Shown here in pieces: positions 1 to 7,331 of a DNA stretch of 17,786 bases. Source of the stretch: Candidatus Thorarchaeota archaeon (GTDB lineage: Archaea; Asgardarchaeota; Thorarchaeia; Thorarchaeales; Thorarchaeaceae). The stretch's first letter is position 1. Each line of letters begins with the position of its first letter. The translations under genes and the position numbers were made by a program. The notes beneath the pieces were generated by a model. The model searched no databases. It was not told where the DNA came from and was given only the letters and a program-made list of their open reading frames with translations. The stretch lies in assembly GCA_048882485.1 (NCBI GenBank), contig JBHLRP010000064.1:1-17786 (forward strand). The letters are read 5' to 3'.

Positions 1-198
1 AACGGAGCCTGCCAGAAGCACAAGTATCAAACCAATTGCTATTCCCCAAGCAAGAGATTCACCAAGATTGGTTACTCCTAGCATTATTGGCAAAGCAGCA
101 TACAGAACCAATATCCAGACAATCACGAAGAAGATGAATGCTGCGATGCATTTGGTTCTTCGAGGATTTCTCCTGAGCAGCGGTTTGCTGTAACCCAT
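1..198 (-). CDS. Membrane protein, 5' part only (runs off the left window edge)
   Basis: Manual translation from ATG at 198: MGYSKPLLRRNPRRTKCIAAFIFFVIVWILVLYAALPIMLGVTNLGESLAWGIAIGLILVLLAGSV, open to position 1. Basic N-terminus followed by two hydrophobic helices. Not in the ORF track because it has no stop in the window. Confidence 0.75.
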   Translation of the reverse strand, partial: MGYSKPLLRRNPRRTKCIAAFIFFVIVWILVLYAALPIMLGVTNLGESLAWGIAIGLILVLLAGSV

Positions 199-255
199 TA
201 ATCTATGCCCGTGGTTAATTAGCCATCTAGGCTAATAGCCTTTAGCAACACTTGC

Positions 256-357
256 CTAAACCAAGTCTCTTGGAGTGTCTAGCAACCTCTCCCATTCATC
301 CAGCCCAGCATTGTCAAAGTGCTTCTCAATGATGCTTCTATCATATTTCTCAGGCAT
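256..357 (-). pseudogene. 33-aa ORF, probable N-terminal remnant of a class I SAM-dependent methyltransferase
   Basis: GGAGGGG lies 6 nt upstream of ATG 357. Translation MPEKYDRSIIEKHFDNAGLDEWERLLDTPRDLV* (TAG 256-258). The F/Y-D-x4-5-EWERL pattern recalls methyltransferase N-termini (recognition from memory, not searched). In-frame read-through stops again after 7 codons. Confidence 0.4.
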
Positions 358-434
358 GGAATGCCCCTCCAAACAAGAAGCAAGGTGCCATATCTTTGAT
401 TAATGTCTTTGGTCAACTAGAATCGCATATTGAA

Positions 435-454
435 GGGAGGAGACGAATCCTCCC
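435..454 (-). terminator. GC-rich hairpin downstream of tbp
   Basis: GGGAGGA (435-441) and TCCTCCC (448-454) form a perfect 7-bp stem with a 6-nt loop, 25 nt past the tbp stop, flanked by short pyrimidine runs on the minus strand. Confidence 0.45.
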
Positions 455-479
455 CAAATGAAGAAAAGAGTGGGACTTT

Positions 480-1067
480 CTAGTCGTCCTCATCAAGATC
501 CCACTCTTCTGGGATCCTCATGACTCCAAGCTCTAGAAGGCGGTCCATAACCTTGAGAGCCGCCTCATCAATCTGAGGCTCGAACTTGGCACCAGTGATA
601 ACGAGTTTGCCTGAGCCGAACAGAAGTATCACGACCTTGGGGTCTCTCATTCTATAAATCAGACCTGGGAACTGCTCCGGTTCGTAGAGCGTGTTCTCAA
701 GCTTCATTGCTGCCAACTCAAGGTTGAGCTCCGCACCAAGACTGGCACTCGCTACGATGTTCTGAACAACAATGATTGGCTTTCCTGTTATCTCTATGCC
801 TGCCTCTTTGATGTTTTTGACGATCTTATTGACAGCACGCTTTGCCTCCTTCTCACTCTTAGCGCCTGTGCACACCATCTTGCCAGAGTTGAAGATCAGT
901 GTGGCTGTCTTTGGTTTCTTCAATCGGTATACAAGTCCGGGAAACTGTTCCGGGTCGAACTCGACGTTTGGCATAGTAGCCGCAATCTCATCGAGGTCAA
1001 GCCTCTGATTGAGAATGACGGAAGCTACGACGTTCTCTATTTTGGTCTTTGGTTTTGGAACTGGCAT
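480..1067 (-). CDS. tbp: TATA-box-binding protein (archaeal TBP), 195 aa
   Basis: Two TBP repeats (NVVAS...DPEQFPGLVYR...LIFNSGKMVCTGAK and NIVAS...YEPEQFPGLIYR...LLFGSGKLVITGAK) and an acidic tail. Start moved to ATG 1067 (MPVPKPK), preceded by GGAGAG. The 41-codon upstream extension in the ORF track runs through promoter-like DNA. Confidence 0.98.
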   Translation of the reverse strand: MPVPKPKTKIENVVASVILNQRLDLDEIAATMPNVEFDPEQFPGLVYRLKKPKTATLIFNSGKMVCTGAKSEKEAKRAVNKIVKNIKEAGIEITGKPIIVVQNIVASASLGAELNLELAAMKLENTLYEPEQFPGLIYRMRDPKVVILLFGSGKLVITGAKFEPQIDEAALKVMDRLLELGVMRIPEEWDLDEDD

Positions 1068-1079
1068 CGAAAATCTCTC

Positions 1080-1137
1080 CCTTATAAGGTTTATAAGGCC
1101 TGCATCCGGTTTTTTTGCTTTTATATGCCTTATAAAC
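1080..1137 (-). promoter_or_regulatory. tbp promoter region with multiple TATA-like boxes and an 11-bp inverted repeat
   Basis: Palindrome CCTTATAAGG 1080-1089; GTTTATAAGGC 1089-1099 with perfect inverted copy GCCTTATAAAC 1127-1137; a further ATATAAAA and an A8 run between them on the minus strand. Confidence 0.65.
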
Positions 1138-1281
1138 ATGTGTACAAAGGCGTTCATTCCAGCAGAATGACGGAATTTGGACCCAGTCAACTGGTTTCTA
1201 TTGATGGGTTAGAAATCAGACATGAATGAGCCTTCCTGAAACGCGTAAGCTAATGCTTGGTGAACATATGTAGCGCACCGC

Positions 1282-1662
1282 CTACTCTTCAACATAGGAA
1301 TCCGCCCAAGTCTGCATTCTTCTGACTGATGGTATCTCATCTAGAGTGCGATAAATGAACATCCCATTCTGTGATGCCCTCTCAAGTTCAATGAGAGCTC
1401 CCCTGGAATCGGCTAGCAGGTACAACGCATCGCAAAGGTCAAGCCAAGGTGCATCCCATTGCATGTAGTCATTCCAGTGCATTGAAACACCTTTCTCATT
1501 TGCACGTATGTCTACCCAATGGAGTAGATGAGGTATTAGAGGAAAGTGACCTTTTTTCCATATGTGAATTCCAGCGTCAATTGCACTTTCGACATTTTTC
1601 TCCATTTCTTCAGTTGTGGGCGCGGTGTATGGTCCCGCAACGTAGATCTTCATACTCTCCAT
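1282..1662 (-). CDS. DUF4406 / nucleoside 2-deoxyribosyltransferase-like fold protein
   Basis: KIYVAGPY N-terminal motif, GHFPLIPH, and LDLCDALYLL...SRGALIELERA...G pattern typical of this family. Alternative start ATG 1653. Confidence 0.8.
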   Translation of the reverse strand: MESMKIYVAGPYTAPTTEEMEKNVESAIDAGIHIWKKGHFPLIPHLLHWVDIRANEKGVSMHWNDYMQWDAPWLDLCDALYLLADSRGALIELERASQNGMFIYRTLDEIPSVRRMQTWADSYVEE

Positions 1663-1726
1663 TTCTTTTCACCAAGTACAAGTCGATTTACTAGACAAGA
1701 AAGACTAGAAGACTCATTGAGATTAT

Positions 1727-2161
1727 TTATCCAAGAGACCCCCCAATCAAGACATCGCGTATCGCCCTACGGTCTATTATGTCTTCTAGGTAAGAAGCCA
1801 AAGCAACAGTGATTACTACACAGATAAGGGGCAACACAATGACACCCAAAAGCTCTTCAAATATGCCTAGCAGCGCAATGTCACCAAAAAGCGCAATTAC
1901 GTAGAAGTGAGTAAGCAGCATGAAGGCCAAATTGCAACTTCCTAATTTGAGTGGATATTCCCATAGGCCTCCTTTAAGATTTCCATAGGCCCACAACACC
2001 AAGACGAATATGAACACTGCAATCTCTGCAATTGGCAAACGGCCAGTAGACCAGAGGATATCAAAAGTGAGAGCGACGACAATAAGGACCATCTGATACA
2101 CATCATCGAAGCGTTGTGCGCGTGTTTTCTCACTCAATTGGCATTTCACACTCCAATTCAA
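1727..2161 (-). CDS. Hypothetical multi-pass membrane protein, probably with a premature stop (full length to 1691)
   Basis: At least four hydrophobic segments. The start may be TTG 2137 (GGAGTGTGA upstream). After TAA 1727-1729 the frame continues IISMSLLVFLV to TAG TAA (1693-1688). Confidence 0.7.
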   Translation of the reverse strand: MNWSVKCQLSEKTRAQRFDDVYQMVLIVVALTFDILWSTGRLPIAEIAVFIFVLVLWAYGNLKGGLWEYPLKLGSCNLAFMLLTHFYVIALFGDIALLGIFEELLGVIVLPLICVVITVALASYLEDIIDRRAIRDVLIGGSLG

Positions 2162-2225
2162 TCAAAGAAACGCCCAGCTACTATAAGGTATCGAAAAGAA
2201 AAGCGAGCCTCACCTTTGCCTACTT

Positions 2226-3962
2226 CTAGGTGGAATCTTCTTCCGAAGTCTTGAACATGCGTTTCGTATCTATATATTCCAGTAGATTGGCAAGCACCAT
2301 GAGTATCTGCTTGGCATCATTGCTGAGGGTTCCATCTACCATCGCTTTATTATGAGCTTCTATCCAAATCTTCTCCCGAGCCTGCATCAAGGCGTCTTGT
2401 TCCTCACTGTCGATCTTGTCGTCTTCAATTGCCTTTTCAATGACTTCTCCATACGCTCTCACATCAAGCACAATCGTTTCGATGAGTTTCCCTTCCTCCT
2501 TGGTAATCACTTTGTCCTCCAATGCTGTTTCCCTCAACCGGCTCCATACATATTCAGTGATTGGGTCAAACGACCAACAGCATGGTAGACTCAATGGAAC
2601 TATCACTTGCGTATCCATAATCTTGCTTGGAAACACAGGACAGCAGACTTCAATTGCTTCAGCGCTGAACTCCATCACCGTCCTATGCCTGTAGATTGCC
2701 ATTGAAGTAAGGATTGATCCGACCAATCCATTTAGGCCCAGCACAATAACAGTTGTTTCCAATCCTAAATTCGCAATCAATATCCCCCCCATTGGGATTG
2801 AAAAAACGCCCACAATCATGGTCAACGTGGGAATGAGGGAATATATCGCATTGCGATTCTCATTTGGAATTACATCCAAGTAGAATCGCGGTTGCAGCAC
2901 ATCCACGAGATACCTTGGACTAAATGAGGCTGCAAAAGCCACAGCCATTATCGAAACAGACAACAAGACAAACGTCGATTGAGGAGGATTAGTCCTTAAG
3001 ATAATATACACTCCCAGGAAGAACACAATATCAGTGAGTAGAACTGCGGCAGCAAGCCATTTTCTAAGTCTTCGAATACGCTTTGAAATCATACCTGCTA
3101 GGCCGACTCCGATTCCCCCCAGAATGAAAATGAAAGCACGAAGCAATGCCGTCCCTGCATCTGATATGGCATAGGATGCATAGAATGGGAAGAGGATTAG
3201 GCCTCCCCAGATTGCCCAACCAGCTCCTGAAATCATGAGGCCCAACACCATCAATCTTAGTGTCTTACTCTGTAGGACAGTGGTTATTCCACCTCTCAGA
3301 TATCGCGAATATGCTCGAATGTTCAATCTCTCGCGTCTAAGGTCCTTGTGATCACGAATGAATCTCAATAGCAATAGAGAGACAGCAACCATGAGACTGC
3401 CCTGGATAATGAAGAGAAGCTCCCTCTCCATAAATACAAGGAGAAATCCTCCAAGAATGAACGACATCGCTGTCAGGATTTCACTGAACATTGTATACTT
3501 TCCATAGAATTGAGAGTATGTGCTGCGATTCCTGTCTTCTTTTGCATATAGTTTGTAGTTATTATCGAACCATGCAATATAGGTGCCTGATTCAAGGCTC
3601 ACTGCTATCGCCAGAAAAGCGAAAGCAACTGTGATGGTAAAGAGATCGAACGCTTGCGAGAGAACAATGAATCCGATACCAGAGGTGATTGCAGCCATGA
3701 ACAGGCTCCATCTTTGACCTATCCAATCGCCGATAGCACCCGATGGGTAGCTAAGAATTGCTTGGATTGCGAATTGAACTGCCAATACTAGCGATAATTC
3801 AGTGACAGTAATATACTCCAGGGCCTGCAGAATCAAGAACGTGTTCGTCAGCATCACAGCAAACCCGTACAGCAGGATTATGCCGGTTGCCTTCGAGATG
3901 AATTGCCTTGCTTCTGGGCTTAATTCGGTAATGCCCAAGGCTTTGTCATAAAAGCTGGCCAT
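2226..3962 (-). CDS. MFS transporter with a C-terminal cytoplasmic extension (CC-x19-CC plus TerB-like repeats)
   Basis: MFS motif A-like PSGAIGDWIGQRW, about 12 hydrophobic helices in residues 1-425, and DVIPNENRNAIYSL in the C-terminal half, followed by about 150 soluble residues. GGGAG upstream of ATG 3962. Confidence 0.9.
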   Translation of the reverse strand: MASFYDKALGITELSPEARQFISKATGIILLYGFAVMLTNTFLILQALEYITVTELSLVLAVQFAIQAILSYPSGAIGDWIGQRWSLFMAAITSGIGFIVLSQAFDLFTITVAFAFLAIAVSLESGTYIAWFDNNYKLYAKEDRNRSTYSQFYGKYTMFSEILTAMSFILGGFLLVFMERELLFIIQGSLMVAVSLLLLRFIRDHKDLRRERLNIRAYSRYLRGGITTVLQSKTLRLMVLGLMISGAGWAIWGGLILFPFYASYAISDAGTALLRAFIFILGGIGVGLAGMISKRIRRLRKWLAAAVLLTDIVFFLGVYIILRTNPPQSTFVLLSVSIMAVAFAASFSPRYLVDVLQPRFYLDVIPNENRNAIYSLIPTLTMIVGVFSIPMGGILIANLGLETTVIVLGLNGLVGSILTSMAIYRHRTVMEFSAEAIEVCCPVFPSKIMDTQVIVPLSLPCCWSFDPITEYVWSRLRETALEDKVITKEEGKLIETIVLDVRAYGEVIEKAIEDDKIDSEEQDALMQAREKIWIEAHNKAMVDGTLSNDAKQILMVLANLLEYIDTKRMFKTSEEDST

Positions 3963-4153
3963 GAATAATCAACTCCCGGCTTGAATGCCAAAAGCAAGTG
4001 GTTTCACATTTCTATTCTGGAGTGGTTTGAGAAGCTTCTTCCTTGGGGGCGCCAGCTGGATTTTCGAGTAGACCACAGATATTTCCATTCCCCCATGGAT
4101 TCGCGCAATTTCGAGATATTGTGATGTTGGCATCCTGCGGCGATTCTCCTTAA

Positions 4154-4408
4154 CTGCAGCTTCCAATCTCTGTAATATCGATAACGCTGTTATATTATTA
4201 TAGGATTCAACTGGTCATTCCACTGATGTTTGCCATCTTCGTAGTGTTTCACATTGTATATGTGGTACTAACACTTCGTTGGTGACATGCGCCTCAGAAG
4301 CACACAACAGGCTTGATTATAATCGGGATTCTGAACGTTCCACTAGCTGTCAAGATTTCAGGAATTTTGGCTCTGCTCGCAGGTATATTGGCTGAAGGGC
4401 AGCAGTAG
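4154..4408 (+). pseudogene. Decayed membrane-protein gene with an in-frame TGA
   Basis: One frame reads LQLPISVISITLLYYYRIQLVIPLMFAIFVVFHIVYVVLTLRW*(TGA 4283-4285)HAPQKHTTGLIIIGILNVPLAVKISGILALLAGILAEGQQ*(TAG 4406-4408). Helix-like hydrophobic runs on both sides of the stop; an upstream TAA at 4151-4153; a terminator directly follows. Confidence 0.6.
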
Positions 4409-4418
4409 CTACAACTGA

Positions 4419-4451
4419 ACCCCGAAACGGGGTCCTCCTTCCTTTTTTTTT
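4419..4451 (+). terminator. Hairpin plus T-tract terminator
   Basis: ACCCCG-AAA-CGGGGT (4419-4433), then CCTCCTTCC and T9 (4443-4451), 10 nt after TAG 4408. Confidence 0.7.
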
Positions 4452-4532
4452 ATGCTCAATCAATGAATAAAGTGTTCGGCAGGATTATATCCGACCTTAC
4501 CAATATGCTGTGTTTACTCAGGAGGTATATGT

Positions 4533-4817
4533 ATGCCAATCTTTGTAATTCTCGGAAAACTCACCTCTGAAGGCCTCAAGGCTATGAAAGAATCTCCGAA
4601 GCGTCTTAAAGGCGGTCATAAACTGGCCAAAGATGTTGGAGCTGAACTCAAAGCTGTATATTACACAATGGGACGCTACGATTATGTTGCTGTTGTGGAT
4701 GCACCATCTGTTGAAGCTGCAATGAAAGGCCTATTCATACTAGGCGCAGGGGGATTAGGGAAAACAGAAACTCTCGTGGGACTAACTGAAGATGAAGCCC
4801 TGAAGCTCGTTGCCTAA
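4533..4817 (+). CDS. GYD domain-containing protein
   Basis: 94 aa with YYTMGRYDYVAVVDAP and KTETL motifs. SD GGAGGT at 4521-4526 and TTATAT at 4485-4490. Confidence 0.92.
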   Translation: MPIFVILGKLTSEGLKAMKESPKRLKGGHKLAKDVGAELKAVYYTMGRYDYVAVVDAPSVEAAMKGLFILGAGGLGKTETLVGLTEDEALKLVA

Positions 4818-4877
4818 TTCCTAGGTAGATTCCAAACGCCAGCAAAGGCACGGACTAAGCTAGAACACTCTCTGTTT

Positions 4878-5282
4878 CTAGCCACCATATTCCCTTGTGT
4901 AGTGGTCAGGATCTTCTACAACTTCTAATTCGTTGCCATCAGGGTCCAAAAAAGTCGCCGATATACTCCCCCACGGCATTTTGGTTGGTTCTTGCGAAAA
5001 GACTACTCCCTGTTTCTTCAATCTGCTACTCAGTTCATAGATATCATCTGTATCCAAAACAACTCCTGTGTGCTTTGTCTCATAGCCTCTATCCTTACTT
5101 GCATGTAATCCAATTTTGGCAAGTGGCTCATCGGGTCCGACCTCAACATGGTTGAATGCTCTTGCATCTAAAGCGATAGGAAGGCCAAGTATGTTATGAT
5201 AGAAATCAATGGCCTTCTGTATATCTGATACTTCTATCATCGTCAGCCATAGCCGAGTTACTCTTCCGGAATGCGAATTCAT
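4878..5282 (-). CDS. VOC (glyoxalase/bleomycin resistance/dioxygenase) family protein
   Basis: VSDIQKAIDFYHNILGL and EPTKMPWG...FLDPDGNELEVVE motifs. Contains no cysteine. Confidence 0.92.
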   Translation of the reverse strand: MNSHSGRVTRLWLTMIEVSDIQKAIDFYHNILGLPIALDARAFNHVEVGPDEPLAKIGLHASKDRGYETKHTGVVLDTDDIYELSSRLKKQGVVFSQEPTKMPWGSISATFLDPDGNELEVVEDPDHYTREYGG

Positions 5283-5346
5283 CTAGCTCACTGATCAATC
5301 AAGAGAATAACATCCCTATCTTTTTGTCGATAATTCCGGAGCGATT

Positions 5347-6339
5347 CTATTCTTTTTCTCTCTCGCGGTTTTCGTTGTCCCTTCGCACACCAAGCAACTC
5401 CAGAAGGGTTTCTGCATCTTCCTCATCTCTCTGTAAAATCTTGGATACCTGAGTCGGTTGAGTCATCCTATCTGCTGCTTGTTTCATCCGCTCGAGAGTT
5501 TCAATCTCTTGTGTTGACATCTCAGGCCGCCAAGGTTCGGTCAGACGCATCGAGAGTTTCTCACATATGGGCGATTCAGGCCATGCACCCGGATCATACA
5601 GAATGTAATCTTCGAATTCTGTAGGCTTCTCCTGTATGCAGGCATGCACAGCTCTTTTGACATTTTCAGCCATCATTCCAAATGATGGTTCTTCTTCTCT
5701 GATCAGACTCACGATTTTAACCTGCTTACGGAATCTCTCAATTGCCTCGAGTGATAGGTTAGCAAGATAGGGCGTTGGTGCGCTTGCACCGATTATAGTT
5801 CTTCGTTTATCATTAGCAACTCCATTCTCAACGAGGCATTGAATTGCTTCAGCAGGTTTGTGTCCATGAGCTTCACGCCAACATAACACAATGAACCTGA
5901 TGTTAGGATTCGCGACTATGTTTGCTACAATCTTTTCAATGCCAAAATTCTCTGTCTGTAATGTCCCCGCAAGAGCTGTCCCTGCCTCGATCGCTGTCTT
6001 TACTAATCGTTCAAGCTCCGGTGGAATCTTCGTATCATCGGTATCTAGTATTGCAATGACAGCTACAGGCGAGTAGTCATTCCCTCGCAAGTAGCGGCCG
6101 TCTTCCGGCGGATACTCACTGGGTGGTTCCAACTTCAACATCTCATAGCCCGTTACGATAATAGCTTGGTCAGGGCATTTTATTGCGCAAGCACCACAAG
6201 CGCAGCATTCTTGTTCGTTTATAACCCGAGCAACTTTCTGAATATCTGTATCACTGAGAGACAGGATATTGGATGGACAAGCATCAACACAAGTCCCACA
6301 TCCCGAGCATCTTGCTTGGTTGATTGTAATAGAAACCAA
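5347..6339 (-). CDS. mtrA: 2[4Fe-4S] ferredoxin fused to an MtrA-like (tetrahydromethanopterin S-methyltransferase subunit A) corrinoid-binding domain, soluble
   Basis: CxxCxxCxxxCP at residues 11-22 and 45-56. MtrA signatures SPVAV, TENFGIEKIVANIVANPNIRFIVLC, GH (His160), IIGA..PYLANL...AIERFRKQV, DPGA. TTG start with GGTGGTGA SD. Charged C-terminus with no membrane anchor. The symbol refers to the domain only. Confidence 0.88.
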   Translation of the reverse strand: MVSITINQARCSGCGTCVDACPSNILSLSDTDIQKVARVINEQECCACGACAIKCPDQAIIVTGYEMLKLEPPSEYPPEDGRYLRGNDYSPVAVIAILDTDDTKIPPELERLVKTAIEAGTALAGTLQTENFGIEKIVANIVANPNIRFIVLCWREAHGHKPAEAIQCLVENGVANDKRRTIIGASAPTPYLANLSLEAIERFRKQVKIVSLIREEEPSFGMMAENVKRAVHACIQEKPTEFEDYILYDPGAWPESPICEKLSMRLTEPWRPEMSTQEIETLERMKQAADRMTQPTQVSKILQRDEEDAETLLELLGVRRDNENREREKE

Positions 6340-6392
6340 GTATCACCACCAGCTGAAAAACATGAATTGGATGAGCAAATTCACACAAGTAC

Positions 6393-7331
6393 TTACTCAT
6401 TTGATTTAGCAAAAAGATCTGTACTCAGATACCTCTCGCCAGTATCAGGAAGGACTGCAAGAATTCGATTGCCCTTTTCGTTTGCTTTAGCCCAATCAAG
6501 CGCAGCGGCAAGTGCCGCACCAGATGAAACTCCAGCAAAAATCCCTTCACGCCTTGCGAGAGCCCGTGTTGTTTCCGCAGCTGTTTGGTAGTTAACTGTA
6601 AGGATCTCGTCAATCACGCCCTGATCAAGGACGTCTGGCACAAATCCTGCCCCTATGCCTTGTATTCTATGTGGTCCCTTCTCCCCTCTTGACAGAACAG
6701 GTGATTCCTCAGGCTCAACTGCAACTATCCGAATTCTCGGTATTTCCTTCTTCAGAACCTTACCCACTCCGGTCACTGTTCCACCAGTTCCGACTCCAGA
6801 TACAAAGCAATCCAATATTCCTTCTGTGGCTTCTAGGATTTCCGCTGCAGTGGTTTCGATGTGGACCTGTGGATTTGCGGGGTTTACAAATTGCTGAGGC
6901 ATATAGAATTTTGAGGGCTCTTTTGTGACTATCTCAGTCGCTTTTGCTACTGCGCCTGCCATTCCTTCGCCTCCTGGTGTAAGTATGAGATTAGCCCCAA
7001 ATGCAAAAAGGATCCGTCTACGCTCGTCACTCATAGTATCGGGCATTACGAGTGTGATCTCATACCCCTTCGCGGCTGCAACCATCGCAAGCCCGATTCC
7101 AGTATTGCCGCTTGTCGGTTCTACAATTGTCATCCCTTTCTTGAGTAGCCCATCTTTCTCTGCAGCCTCAATCATTGATTTGCCAATTCGGTCTTTGACA
7201 CTTGCCATTGGATTGAAAGACTCGAGCTTGACTAGCAATTCACAGCCTGTGTCTTTGCCTATTCTTTGAAGGCGTACTATAGGTGTGTTTCCAATTAAGC
7301 TAACAATGGAATCATAGATTCTCTGAGTCAT
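6393..7331 (-). CDS. cysK: Cysteine synthase A (O-acetylserine sulfhydrylase)
   Basis: IGNTP, PLP lysine motif SVKDR, EPTSGNTG, GVGTGGT, HRIQGIGAGFVP, PDTGERYLST. ATGA overlap with the cysE stop. Confidence 0.97.
   Translation of the reverse strand: MTQRIYDSIVSLIGNTPIVRLQRIGKDTGCELLVKLESFNPMASVKDRIGKSMIEAAEKDGLLKKGMTIVEPTSGNTGIGLAMVAAAKGYEITLVMPDTMSDERRRILFAFGANLILTPGGEGMAGAVAKATEIVTKEPSKFYMPQQFVNPANPQVHIETTAAEILEATEGILDCFVSGVGTGGTVTGVGKVLKKEIPRIRIVAVEPEESPVLSRGEKGPHRIQGIGAGFVPDVLDQGVIDEILTVNYQTAAETTRALARREGIFAGVSSGAALAAALDWAKANEKGNRILAVLPDTGERYLSTDLFAKSNE

Noticed and set aside
580-1040. Internal nucleotide repeat within tbp
   Set aside because: Fully explained by the known two-repeat structure of TBP.
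1068-1190. 41-aa N-terminal extension of TBP (eukaryote-like N-terminal tail) suggested by the ORF track
   Set aside because: It relies on a TTG start and runs through TATA repeats and an A8 tract. ATG 1067 has an SD and gives a normal archaeal TBP length.
3969-4166. 65-aa ORF upstream of the MFS gene
   Set aside because: TTG start with no SD and no recognisable motif; it overlaps the probable MFS promoter region and the 5' end of the opposite-strand pseudogene. Not excluded, but unsupported.
4410-4440. SECIS element for the TGA at 4283
   Set aside because: The hairpin is short, lacks the AUGA...GA core and the GAA/A internal loop with a lower stem, and is followed by a T-tract, so a terminator fits better.
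4878-5282. ArsI C-As lyase
   Set aside because: The fold family fits, but the protein has no cysteine and so lacks the vicinal Cys pair of ArsI.
5347-6339. HgcAB mercury methylase, or evidence for methanogenesis
   Set aside because: No HgcA cap-helix motif N(V/I)WCA(A/G)GK and no transmembrane domain. No other mtr or mcr genes in the window, and an isolated MtrA domain does not imply methanogenesis.
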